Source: Nitrosopumilaceae archaeon (GTDB lineage: Archaea > Thermoproteota > Nitrososphaeria > Nitrososphaerales > Nitrosopumilaceae). Taken from it: a DNA stretch of 64,000 bases. A program made the position numbers and the translations under genes. The stretch spans positions 1,024,001 through 1,088,000 of the forward strand of contig OZ242274.1 in the NCBI GenBank assembly GCA_965207375.1. The letters are read 5' to 3'. Under the pieces are notes generated by a model. That model was not told the origin of the DNA. It was given only the letters and a program-made list of their open reading frames with translations, and did not search any database. Below are positions 9,586 through 18,902 of the stretch, piece after piece (within the stretch, counting starts at the first letter, position 1; the number at the start of each line of letters is the position of its first letter).

Positions 9586-9608
9586 TTTATCTGTCTTGGA
9601 TTTTAAGA

Positions 9609-10934
9609 CTAACCAATTCCCATTCGTCTTAGGGTGCCTTGCATCTGTCTTCCTTTTGATGCCTTCATCATGTTTTTGGAATTTTGATAATTTTTGACTA
9701 GTTCTTTGACGTCTTGCTGAGACCACCCTGAACCTCGTGCAATACGTTGAATTCTAGATGCGTTTAACACCCCCGGCTCTGCCTTTTCCTGTCGGGTCAT
9801 ACTTTGTATGATGAATCTCCATCTGTCTATTTTGCCTTCCATTTGGTCTAGCTGATCATCTTTTACCATTCCAGACAAACCAGGCATACTGTCTAACAAT
9901 CCTCGAAGAGAGCCGACCTTAGTTACCTCCTCTAACTGGTAGAAAAAGTCTTCAATGTTCATCTTTCCACTAGAGATGCGTTTCATTCTAACATCGTCTG
10001 CCTCATTTTCAAGTTTTTTTGCCAAATCTAGTACTGCTTGAATATCTCCCATTCCTAGCATCTTTCCTACAAATCGTGTAGGTGAGAATTTTTCCAAATC
10101 ATCAATTCGCTCTCCGGTGCCGATGTACATTATTTGTGCGCCGGTGGCAGCAGATGCTGCAATTGCTCCGCCTCCCTTTGCAGAGCTGTCCAATTTGGTT
10201 ACGACAATTCCTCCTACTGCAATAGTCTTGTGAAATGCTTCGGCCTGATTGTAACATTGTTGGCCAATTGTGCCATCAATTACTAACAAAGCCAGATCAG
10301 GATCTGCTACCTTGTTGATTTGTTTCATCTCATCTAGCAAATCGTGCTCTTCTTTGTGCCTACCAGCAGTATCTATCAACAATATGTCAAGATTGGAATT
10401 TTCAAAATGTTTCAGGCCATTTTTGACTATATTAGGAGAATCCTTGTTATTTTCTTCGCCATAAACTTCGACATTTGTCTTTTCACACATGGTCCGAAGC
10501 TGAACTAGTGCACCGGGACGATACGTATCTGCACCAATGACGCCCACCTTGTATCCCTGCACTGTTAGAAATTTTGCAAGCTTTGCAGAAACTGTGGTTT
10601 TTCCACTTCCTTGGATTCCGAGCATTACAATTTTGTTTGTTTTGCCTGGTTTGAATGTGAATTCTGTTTCATTTCCTAAAAGTTTTGCAAGTTCATCATA
10701 TAGAATTTTAACAATGTGATCCTTTCTAGGTAATCCTGGGGGAGGAGTTTCAGTCATTGCCCTTTCCTTGAGGTTTTTAGTAATTACTAAAACTAGTTTT
10801 GCATTTACATCTGATAGCAATAATGCATACTGAACATCTTTGACAAGCTTGTCAATAAGTTCCTCATTGATACCCGAAGATTTTACAATCTTTTTGATTG
10901 CCGATCTAAGATTGGTTCTAAGTTCATCAAGCAT
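9609..10934 (-). CDS. srp54: Signal recognition particle protein Srp54
   Basis: GIQGSGKTT, DTAGRH, TKLDSSAKGGGA, M domain SRIQRIARGSG. Confidence 0.97.
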   Translation of the reverse strand: MLDELRTNLRSAIKKIVKSSGINEELIDKLVKDVQYALLLSDVNAKLVLVITKNLKERAMTETPPPGLPRKDHIVKILYDELAKLLGNETEFTFKPGKTNKIVMLGIQGSGKTTVSAKLAKFLTVQGYKVGVIGADTYRPGALVQLRTMCEKTNVEVYGEENNKDSPNIVKNGLKHFENSNLDILLIDTAGRHKEEHDLLDEMKQINKVADPDLALLVIDGTIGQQCYNQAEAFHKTIAVGGIVVTKLDSSAKGGGAIAASAATGAQIMYIGTGERIDDLEKFSPTRFVGKMLGMGDIQAVLDLAKKLENEADDVRMKRISSGKMNIEDFFYQLEEVTKVGSLRGLLDSMPGLSGMVKDDQLDQMEGKIDRWRFIIQSMTRQEKAEPGVLNASRIQRIARGSGWSQQDVKELVKNYQNSKNMMKASKGRQMQGTLRRMGIG

Positions 10935-11616
10935 GGTTGTCTAATTCAGCCTCTAGTATTTCAAATCTTCCTCTGTATCCGTCCCATATTTTTTTTGCAT
11001 CTTTAATAGTGATTGGTTGGCAAAAAAGAGGACAATTTAGCACAAATGTCTCAGCCTCGCCCCCCTCAAAACTAATGTTAAAGCCATATTTTGACGATAA
11101 TTTATCCAGCTCATACAAATCATTTTTTGTTATTTTTCTTGATAGCCATGAATCATCTAATCCATCTGTGGTAACACTAGTCAAAATGAATTCAAAGTTC
11201 GAATCAAGCAATTTATGCATGTATTTGCCTTGATCAATATTCCACAGGGGGGAAATTACATCTAATTTTAGGTCATTGCAGACTGTATCAAAATTATTCT
11301 TTTGGAATATGCTTAAAATTCCTCCATGTACTACACCCCCAATACCGTAATTGTCTTTTGCACAAAGCAGCACACTATGCAGTAATGACATTTCGTCTTT
11401 TGTATCTGCACTGTTTGCTCTGTAAATCAAATGCGGTAGGTCCATGGATTTTGCTTGCAACGCAGTATATTTTATATTGCAATGATGTAACATGTGACTT
11501 TCATCGGATTTTGGATATATTGTAATGAGACACTTTACGCAATGGCCTAATTGTTTGGCTGCATAGATTGCAAAGGTACTGTCTTTTCCACCAGAGAACA
11601 ATGCTGCAAGCTTCAC
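10927..11616 (-). CDS. dph6: Diphthine--ammonia ligase
   Basis: SGGKDS PP-loop; EGGEAETFV. Confidence 0.9.
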   Translation of the reverse strand: MKLAALFSGGKDSTFAIYAAKQLGHCVKCLITIYPKSDESHMLHHCNIKYTALQAKSMDLPHLIYRANSADTKDEMSLLHSVLLCAKDNYGIGGVVHGGILSIFQKNNFDTVCNDLKLDVISPLWNIDQGKYMHKLLDSNFEFILTSVTTDGLDDSWLSRKITKNDLYELDKLSSKYGFNISFEGGEAETFVLNCPLFCQPITIKDAKKIWDGYRGRFEILEAELDNHA

Positions 11617-11661
11617 AATGTAAAATAAATCTTAGATTAGATATTTCTTGTTAATGAAAAA

Positions 11662-11726
11662 GGATGCCTCAACACTCATAATCCTCATCAAAAATCAGAT
11701 GGCTTTTCCGCTTCTCATCAGCATCC
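11662..11726 (-). ncRNA. Box C/D guide sRNA, predicted tRNA-Met Cm34 guide
   Basis: GGATGC-TGATGA-gaagcggaaaagccat-CTGA-tttt-TGATGA-ggattatgagtg-TTGA-GGCATCC with terminal stem; D guide complementary to CUCAUAAUCC. Confidence 0.85.
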
Positions 11727-11837
11727 GCTTTAGATAAATATATTTCAAGATATAAGTTATAGACGTGTGTAACATTGCGCACAGTAGATTTATCTAGCTA
11801 TTTAGATAAAAAAAATTCACTTAATTAATTGTTGGGC

Positions 11838-11907
11838 TGAAAAAAGATTACAAATTACAAACTTTAATTATCATTTGAAAAAAGATTACAAATTACAAAC
11901 TTTAATT
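11838..11907. repeat. Perfect 32-bp direct repeat x2, 38-bp period
   Basis: TGAAAAAAGATTACAAATTACAAACTTTAATT at 11838 and 11876. Confidence 0.9.
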
Positions 11908-12039
11908 GATTCTGTTTTGAAAAGTAATTTGCTGTTCACGATTATACTACAACACACTAGTATAATAATTTTTCAAAAATAAAATTTTGTTGGTACACAT
12001 GAAATAATTTATCAAATAGTACATACGATACAATACAGG

Positions 12040-12228
12040 TTGCAAAAACAAAAAAACCACAAAACAAAAAGTAAACTTGCTACCAAAGAACAAAGATTGT
12101 ACAAAAAAATTGCAAACGCAGATCCTACAGTAATACATCATGTAAGAAAACATTTGTCTGCTAAACAAAGAAAGCAAATAGCAAACATACTGCACAAAAA
12201 GATTTCAGTGTTGGGAGATATGCGATGA
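12040..12228 (+). CDS. Basic hypothetical microprotein, first of coupled chain
   Basis: 62 aa, TTG start, ATGA overlap with next ORF. Confidence 0.55.
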   Translation: MQKQKNHKTKSKLATKEQRLYKKIANADPTVIHHVRKHLSAKQRKQIANILHKKISVLGDMR

Positions 12229-12503
12229 GTACCAGACGACCACGGTCAACCTATATGGACCCAATAAAGAAATTATGTATCACTTGCAGACATGAAGATT
12301 TCCTACATGATGATACTTGTGCTGTCCAATTTTGTAAATGTGAGGGATTGGATAAAATTAGATGTAAGACCTGTAATGTACTGTTCAAACGAAGAACTGC
12401 TGCTATGGCACAGACATGTTCAAAAGAATGTCGTAATAAAAATAGTTACAATACTCAAAAATTAAAAAAACAAGAGGAAATAAAATGGAGGTTGCCTGAA
12501 TGA
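12225..12503 (+). CDS. Cys/His zinc-finger protein (virus-like)
   Basis: CITCRH..H..C..CKC and CKTC...TCSKEC; GGAG upstream. Confidence 0.75.
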   Translation: MSTRRPRSTYMDPIKKLCITCRHEDFLHDDTCAVQFCKCEGLDKIRCKTCNVLFKRRTAAMAQTCSKECRNKNSYNTQKLKKQEEIKWRLPE

Positions 12504-12658
12504 ACTGTCCTGAATGTAACAAATCAATGCAAGTAGAAGAATCAAACTTTAGATGTTTTGATTGTCATGTGAGTTATAATAATGACATCTGGTATTATGA
12601 CAAACTAGATGCAAATCAAATGAGACAAATTAAATTAAGTGAGTTGATGCATGAATGA
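12500..12658 (+). CDS. 52-aa zinc-ribbon microprotein
   Basis: MNCPECNKSMQVEESNFRCFDCH...; GGAGG upstream; ATGA overlaps at both ends. Confidence 0.75.
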   Translation: MNCPECNKSMQVEESNFRCFDCHVSYNNDIWYYDKLDANQMRQIKLSELMHE

Positions 12659-12825
12659 ATCTACTTGAAATTCAACTAAAAGCAAGAGACAGACAAATCA
12701 CATATTTGGCAGACAGACTAATAACAACAGTTCCAAAACAAGAACGTGAAAAACTTAGAGACGAATTAATTAAAGATTGTATACAGATTGCCAAAAATAC
12801 ATTAGACAAGGAGATGTCTGAATGA
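12655..12825 (+). CDS. 56-aa helical microprotein
   Basis: MNLLEIQLKARDRQITYLADRL...DKEMSE*; ATGA overlaps. Confidence 0.7.
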   Translation: MNLLEIQLKARDRQITYLADRLITTVPKQEREKLRDELIKDCIQIAKNTLDKEMSE

Positions 12826-12854
12826 CTAAATGTGTAGATTGTGGACATGAAGAA

Positions 12855-14168
12855 TAGCAGATCTAACTAATAATCGATAGCAAATTTGTCAATTAAAGTC
12901 AACTAAAAGATCTATATGTCGATCTTGTTCCAAGATGGTTACAATGGATAAATTCCTACCAGATACAAACATGAAGAAATTGTACAAACTCAAAAAAGAA
13001 GAAAAAAATCCAAAGGTTGTACAGAGAATTACTGCATACATGTTAAAAAAGGAGGGCAAAACATTGTGGGAAATTTCAAATTCCATAAAGATACCGTACA
13101 CCACGGTTCAAAATTGGATAGACAGAATCAACAAGGAAGGCATTGATGCTAGATACGATAAGAAGCAACCTGGTGCACAGTGTAAGCTGGACAAGAAGCA
13201 GATAAACAAGCTAATACGTGATTTGAAAAAAGGACCACAAAAATGTGGTTATGATACTAATTTGTGGACATCACCCATAATACAAAGACACATCAAAAAA
13301 ATATTCAAGACAGATTACAATGTAAGTTCGGTATGGGCATTGATCACTAGACTTGATCTTCATCTAGTTGCACCTAGACCTAGAAACGACAAGGCAGCAA
13401 CCCCTGAGGAAATCGCAGTGTTCAAAAAAAAAGCTCACCGCAAGGTAAAATACTATAGCGACAAAGGACACACAATTATGACCATGGATGCTGCTCACAA
13501 GCTGGTGGCATCAGTGCCCAAAAAGGGCTGGTTTTTTGAAAAACGTCCTGTATTTATCACAGGCAAGAAAAAACCAAAGAAAAAATCCGCAAAAAATAAA
13601 TCTAAAAAATCCAAGAGTCTCACGATTATAGGTGCTATTGGCGCAGAGAAAGAATATTACTTTAGGTTTTACGATACAGGAAACTGGGTTAACGTGGAAA
13701 ACTTTTTGCAGGGTGTACACAAGAAATTCGGCAAGGTTCTGATGTTTATGGACAATGCAGCTTATCACAAAAAAGATGAGCTAAAACGTATCACAAGGGA
13801 GACAGGTGGTCAGATGCAGTTTGAGTTTTATCTAAAATATACTCCTGAACTCAATCCGATTGAGCCTGAATGGTCGGTCATGAAAAAGAGTATTGCAGGT
13901 ATTATAGCTACAAATGCTGAGCTCAAACGTATCATAGCTCGATCAATAAAAAACAAAACTATTCCAATAGTAAAAATGTTCGACTATTTGATACCGTAAT
14001 TTTGTTCTTTGATTCTTTTGTTTGTAACTATCAGATAATATGCTGTAATATTTTGTGCATTTCATGTTTAGTTGCTTTGATCGCAACTGTTGCAAGTGTC
14101 AATGTCAGGTCACGACTTTGTTTTTTAAAATATGTAGAAAAACTATTGATTATTAGTTAGATCTGCTA
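12855..14168 (+). mobile_element. IS630-family insertion sequence, apparently intact
   Basis: 26-bp TIR TAGCAGATCTAACTAATAATC(G/A)ATAG; flanked by AA on both sides. Confidence 0.95.
12935..13999 (+). CDS. IS630-family transposase
   Basis: HTH domains, DNAAYH, YTPELNPIE. Confidence 0.95.
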   Translation: MVTMDKFLPDTNMKKLYKLKKEEKNPKVVQRITAYMLKKEGKTLWEISNSIKIPYTTVQNWIDRINKEGIDARYDKKQPGAQCKLDKKQINKLIRDLKKGPQKCGYDTNLWTSPIIQRHIKKIFKTDYNVSSVWALITRLDLHLVAPRPRNDKAATPEEIAVFKKKAHRKVKYYSDKGHTIMTMDAAHKLVASVPKKGWFFEKRPVFITGKKKPKKKSAKNKSKKSKSLTIIGAIGAEKEYYFRFYDTGNWVNVENFLQGVHKKFGKVLMFMDNAAYHKKDELKRITRETGGQMQFEFYLKYTPELNPIEPEWSVMKKSIAGIIATNAELKRIIARSIKNKTIPIVKMFDYLIP

Positions 14169-14268
14169 AATCATTTCATACTCAATACAACTGTAAGTAT
14201 GTAGTTGAGACTATAGACGACATAGTAAAAGAATGTGGCTGTGAAGGATACTTGGAGTTAATGCCAGA

Positions 14269-14421
14269 ATGAAATGTGATTTATGTGAAGAACCAATCAA
14301 AAGTTATGATGAGTATTATACCGAACATAATTTACCAATAATTAAACAAAGAACATTATGCAAAAATTGTGTTATGTGCAAAGCACAATTTACTTATCAA
14401 GAGGCTAGAGCATACAAATGA
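14269..14421 (+). CDS. 50-aa zinc-finger microprotein
   Basis: MKCDLCEEPI...LCKNCVMCK...*; GGAG upstream; ATGA overlap. Confidence 0.7.
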   Translation: MKCDLCEEPIKSYDEYYTEHNLPIIKQRTLCKNCVMCKAQFTYQEARAYK

Positions 14422-14434
14422 GGAAGATACTTGA

Positions 14435-14542
14435 ATGAAAATTTGCCCTAGTTGTAATTATCCCATGTCAGAATCAATATCAGATGATACATTATTTGAA
14501 TGCCTAACATGTAATTTGAGTTATGAGGGAGATCCTGATTGA
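14435..14542 (+). CDS. 35-aa zinc-ribbon microprotein
   Basis: MKICPSCNYPMSESISDDTLFECLTCNLSYEGDPD*. Confidence 0.7.
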   Translation: MKICPSCNYPMSESISDDTLFECLTCNLSYEGDPD

Positions 14543-14588
14543 CCAAGTTCAACATCTACACTTGCCAACTTTGTTTTGGGGCTAAATC

Positions 14589-14846
14589 ATGAAGATACAA
14601 ATCGATTGTGATGTCAAGTTCAAACGAACACATGCCATCTTAATACTGGCCATAGGTCTGGTAATAGTTACTGCAATTGGATTACATGTAGGTATGAATC
14701 CGCCATGTGTTGATGGCCAATACAAATACGTACACAGTGCAAATGATATGGGAATAGTAGTACAGGCGATGGATGGCAAGACCATAATTGATTTTAATCT
14801 AGAACCAGGTAACTACTGGGCAAAATACTATGAAATATGCAGATAA
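14589..14846 (+). CDS. Single-TM small protein, end of coupled chain
   Basis: AILILAIGLVIVTAIGL hydrophobic segment; ATGA overlap with 17-aa CxxC ORF 14539-14592. Confidence 0.7.
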   Translation: MKIQIDCDVKFKRTHAILILAIGLVIVTAIGLHVGMNPPCVDGQYKYVHSANDMGIVVQAMDGKTIIDFNLEPGNYWAKYYEICR

Positions 14847-14943
14847 AAGAGAACAAAAATTTAACCAGTTGTTCAAAATCTGTTAATCCACAAAGTCCTT
14901 ATTATATTAAATGCAATAGTGAGATTTATGGTCCCACTATTTT

Positions 14944-15347
14944 TTACGATTTTGTATGTTTCGCTTTAAATCGTTCCTGTTTTTCATACGTTTCTTTTAG
15001 CAGTTTTTGATGGTCGATTAATTTCTCAACTTGCAACATGGTACGCTGCACCTCACAACCGATATCTCTAAATTTATCTTCTATTTCGTTTAGATATTGT
15101 ACAGTAATTCTATCCATCTTTTGGTGTTTTCCACATACAAACTTTAGCACATCAAGACGATCTTCATGCAATATCCTCTTTCACGCCATTTTCGGTCGCG
15201 CACTTCTTGTTCAGCCCACTGTTCTTTTGTAACTGCCGCATATTGCAATTGCTTATAGTCCTCTATCAAGTCAAGTATAGTCTGACTCATATATTCAAGA
15301 TCGTCATAAGTCTTGTGAAATCTCTTGAGATTTAGTTCTACTTCCAT
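14944..15347 (-). pseudogene. Coiled-coil protein, probably one gene frameshifted near 15180
   Basis: Two overlapping helical ORFs join as ...KWRE/RILHEDRL... with a 1-nt correction. Confidence 0.55.
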
Positions 15348-15440
15348 ATACCTATACTGTACACACCATAATTTATGTTTGAAAGCATTCAGGGCTCATG
15401 GTATCACAAACAAGTTCAAAACCAATTATGAAAACACATG

Positions 15441-16082
15441 TCATGTCTTGTGTATTATCATTTCAAGTTGTTGCCATGTCCCGCTTTTTGGCTTTTTACG
15501 CGGTTGGCTTGTTTCCTTACAGTGCAGTATCGTCATACCGTTACCTAGTATACTGCATATTTCTGATTCAGTAAAAAAGTGTATTTTTAATCCTTGTTTT
15601 GGCCCATCATGGTACTGTATAGTAAATCCACCGTGCTTGTTTTTTTCAATAATTTTGTGGGCATGCCAGGGTACAGTAGATGCTGAATTGATGCGTAAAA
15701 ACAGCAAGCCGTTTTTGCGCAAAATTTGTACAGTTTTTGTAAAATAGCGATACACCGTACTATAATCACCATGCTGATATGATTGTATTGATACCACATA
15801 ATCATAATTTTCTGAAACATTCAAAATGTTTTTGCATGAAACTCTTTTTGTTTTTTTGAGCAATTGAGATATGGCAACCTTTGAGACATCTATACCCTTT
15901 ATGTCAAGTCCTGATAAAACCAACGGAAGATAGTTTCTCCCGTTACCACATCCTACATACAATCCTTCTCCTCGTGGTTTATATTTCAATATCGTCTTTA
16001 CAAATTTCACAGGTGCTTGGTGCTGATATCTTCCGGCTGCATATTGTCTGTCCCAACTGTGAGAAATTAAAACATCATCCAT
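15441..16082 (-). CDS. Class I SAM-dependent methyltransferase
   Basis: LYVGCGNGRN motif I, GIDVS, LRKNGLLF. Confidence 0.9.
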   Translation of the reverse strand: MDDVLISHSWDRQYAAGRYQHQAPVKFVKTILKYKPRGEGLYVGCGNGRNYLPLVLSGLDIKGIDVSKVAISQLLKKTKRVSCKNILNVSENYDYVVSIQSYQHGDYSTVYRYFTKTVQILRKNGLLFLRINSASTVPWHAHKIIEKNKHGGFTIQYHDGPKQGLKIHFFTESEICSILGNGMTILHCKETSQPRKKPKSGTWQQLEMIIHKT

Positions 16083-17553
16083 TTTTCATCAATTCAGATT
16101 TTTGTGGGAAAAACTGATCCCAGAATGAGAATGGAGGAGAGGCAATCACAAAACACGAAAATGATTTGTCAGATGTGACAATTACCTTGTGAGCCGTCTT
16201 TGTTGGTATTGTGAGATAATCGCCCTGTTTGAGATGATAGGTATGTTGCTTCTTAATCTGTTCTGGATCCCATGTAATAATATCTGCCTCGCCTGATTCG
16301 ACAAGATATGCCTCTTCAGATGTTGAATGGTAATGCCCACGCGTTGTAGAATTAGATTCAAACACGGCACGTACTACTGAAAAATTTCCAAGATCATGTT
16401 TTGAAGTAAATCTATATAATTTCCCCCATGGTCGGTTTTCCTCCTGTAACATATCTTTTGAAATATGGTAAGGCACAAGGTTGTTGTTAGGTAACATTAT
16501 TGATGCTATCTCTGTTTCTATGTTTGTAGCAAGTTTACAAATCCCTCCGTCGAGTTCTTGTGGAATCGTTTTTATCATAGTTAACAATATTCCTGAAAAT
16601 ACTATTTCCATTATGGTAGTTGATGTTCCATTACCACACATCAAGTTTATTGGTTTGGCCGAACCAATAATACCAATGCGTTTCTTTAGTTTTGCTTTAC
16701 TAAAGTTGCATTGTATAAGTGTCCCTGTTCTAGTTATTTCTATGTGGGCATCATCAAATTCAAATGTTCCAAGAGTCAACATACGTTTTGAAATTTCGCC
16801 TGTTCCACTACCTGCATTTATTACTATTGCACCATTTTTCATCAGTAGAAATTGGCGCACATCAATACCTTTACCGTCCGTACTTGTGGTACATGATATT
16901 ATCACATCCTGAATTTGAATTACATCTCGTATGTCATCTACAACTGTAAATCCATGTGCCGAGGCAATCGCCCTTTTTATGACATCTGAATCCATTATTG
17001 TGACATGACTTTTGTGCGATTTACAAACTTCTGCCAGTCCTTCACCCACATGTCCATAACCGATAATCAAGACATTTTTACCAATTAAAGAAATTGATGA
17101 TTCAGACAACAAACATGATATGATTGATTCAGGTGTGGCTAATTTGTTTTCTATTCTTGTTTTTAAACTTGATTCGGCCATGTTTATGACAGGATATGGT
17201 AATAATGCATCTTTTGCTTTCTTAATACCACCAGTGGTCTGTTCTATCGAATATATGGTACTCTTTAAACTTGGAGTATTCTTACAAATTAATTCTGTGA
17301 CACAGTGACCGTCTTCTACAATGACATCAATGGACTCGATTATGGAAAAAATTTGATTTTGATTAATTATTGTAACCTTGTTTATTTTTGATACTGTATC
17401 ATTTCTGTAGCTTTTTGGAAGATAATATACTCTGACACCCAACAAAACTAGATTTTGAAGAAAAATTTTTGTGGCATGGGTGTTGTGCGTACAGACAAGA
17501 ATATTTCTTTCATTTAATGAATTTGGATATCTTTTTACAATTGATGATATCAT
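16075..17553 (-). CDS. Divergent adenosylhomocysteinase-like protein fused to C-terminal cupin
   Basis: CTH, EDG, EQTTGG, KTRIEN, GYGHVGEG, NAG, PINLMCGNG match the SAHH layout; RPWG and HYH-x4-E...H cupin motifs. Confidence 0.85.
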   Translation of the reverse strand: MISSIVKRYPNSLNERNILVCTHNTHATKIFLQNLVLLGVRVYYLPKSYRNDTVSKINKVTIINQNQIFSIIESIDVIVEDGHCVTELICKNTPSLKSTIYSIEQTTGGIKKAKDALLPYPVINMAESSLKTRIENKLATPESIISCLLSESSISLIGKNVLIIGYGHVGEGLAEVCKSHKSHVTIMDSDVIKRAIASAHGFTVVDDIRDVIQIQDVIISCTTSTDGKGIDVRQFLLMKNGAIVINAGSGTGEISKRMLTLGTFEFDDAHIEITRTGTLIQCNFSKAKLKKRIGIIGSAKPINLMCGNGTSTTIMEIVFSGILLTMIKTIPQELDGGICKLATNIETEIASIMLPNNNLVPYHISKDMLQEENRPWGKLYRFTSKHDLGNFSVVRAVFESNSTTRGHYHSTSEEAYLVESGEADIITWDPEQIKKQHTYHLKQGDYLTIPTKTAHKVIVTSDKSFSCFVIASPPFSFWDQFFPQKSELMKNG

Positions 17554-18769
17554 TGTAAAATCAATACATATTTGGAATATAAAGTCTATTTAATACATCA
17601 GTTAACCCACCAGCAACGCAGAATCTGCCGCAATGTTTCGGTGGGGGCTTTGGATTGATCTGATATTTGGTTATAATTGTAATTTTAAACTAAATCATTT
17701 ACTGTATCATCTCAAATTAAATTCTCCTTTTAAATTCAAATTAAAATTATATCGTCCTCTCAAAATTTAAATTCAAAAATCAAATTAAAAATTAAAATCA
17801 AAATAAAATGATTCTATAGCTAAAGCATTATTTTTATGCACAAGATCAAAAAAATTTGTCCCATACATTAAGAGATCAGTCCTGCATACACCAAAATATG
17901 AAACCAATCAAACGCATGGAACATGATCTCAAGCCCCGCAAGACTCACTATGACGCACAAATGAGACTCAGAATGATATACGCCATTGAACATGGAATAC
18001 ACGTAGACGATGTGGCTGAAATCTTTGGCGTATCAAGACGCGTATTATACGAGTGGAAGACCAAATACGAACAACATGGTCTTGAGGGGCTTGAGGAGGC
18101 TCCCCGTACAGGAAGGCCGTCGTTTCTTTCAGACAAGAAAATAAAACGATGCATGGATAACATCCAAAAACCAGGCAAGATACCAAATGCAAAAAAATTG
18201 CGAGAAGAGATCCACAAAAGTCACGGCATCTGGTACAGCAAATCAGGAATACGAAGGATATTGGCCAAAAACGGTCATACCTTCAAAAAAATTATGCCGG
18301 TTCATGTACGTGCAGCTACAAACGAGGAGGCAGACATTTGGCGTAAAAAGAATCTTCCAAAGATTAGGAGACTGCAAAAAGAGGACCACAAACTTGTTGC
18401 CCTAGATGAGGCATCAGTTGAAATTGATTCAAATTCTAGATATGGATATTGCAAACGCGGTACGAGACTGTATGCCACATACAACGGTACAAAGCAAAAA
18501 GTGCCTATAATTGGCGCCATGGTAGAAGACGGACGATCTATGTTTCGTACAAAACCCAAATTTAATTCACCTACGTTTATAGAATTTTTATGAGATATGC
18601 AACGGACAATGGGGCCCACAGTAATTGTGATGGATAAGGCATCATATCACAGGTCCAAAGATATAAAACAATGGTTTAAAGGATTCTTCTGCTTTATCTG
18701 TTGGTCAAAGTCAATATGCAAATTTTCTCCGAATTGCCCGTGCCTAGATTACTGCCTGTACCAGCAGAT

Positions 18770-18839
18770 CAATCACACATTATCAAAGCAATCACACATT
18801 ATCAAAGCAATCACACATTATCAAAGCAATCACACATTA
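18770..18839. repeat. 19-bp tandem repeat, ~3.6 copies
   Basis: CAATCACACATTATCAAAG units. Confidence 0.95.
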
Positions 18840-18902
18840 GCAGAACATAATCTTCTCCGAGTTGTCACTGTTTCATCACACATGTAACTTTGACATTAGA
18901 GT

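Larger units (their letters stand above)
12822..14272 (+). pseudogene. 44-aa CxxCxH microprotein split by IS630
   Basis: Removing 12855-14168 and one AA restores MTKCVDCGHEESFHTQYNCKYVVETIDDIVKECGCEGYLELMPE*. Confidence 0.75.

Noticed and set aside
9586-9726. Long Pus10 N-terminus overlapping srp54
   Set aside because: Out-of-frame shadow of srp54; a downstream TTG start is more plausible
11838-11907. CRISPR array
   Set aside because: Two repeats with a 6-nt gap; no spacers or cas genes
18770-18839. CRISPR or regulatory array
   Set aside because: Head-to-tail 19-bp VNTR with no spacers, inside an IS
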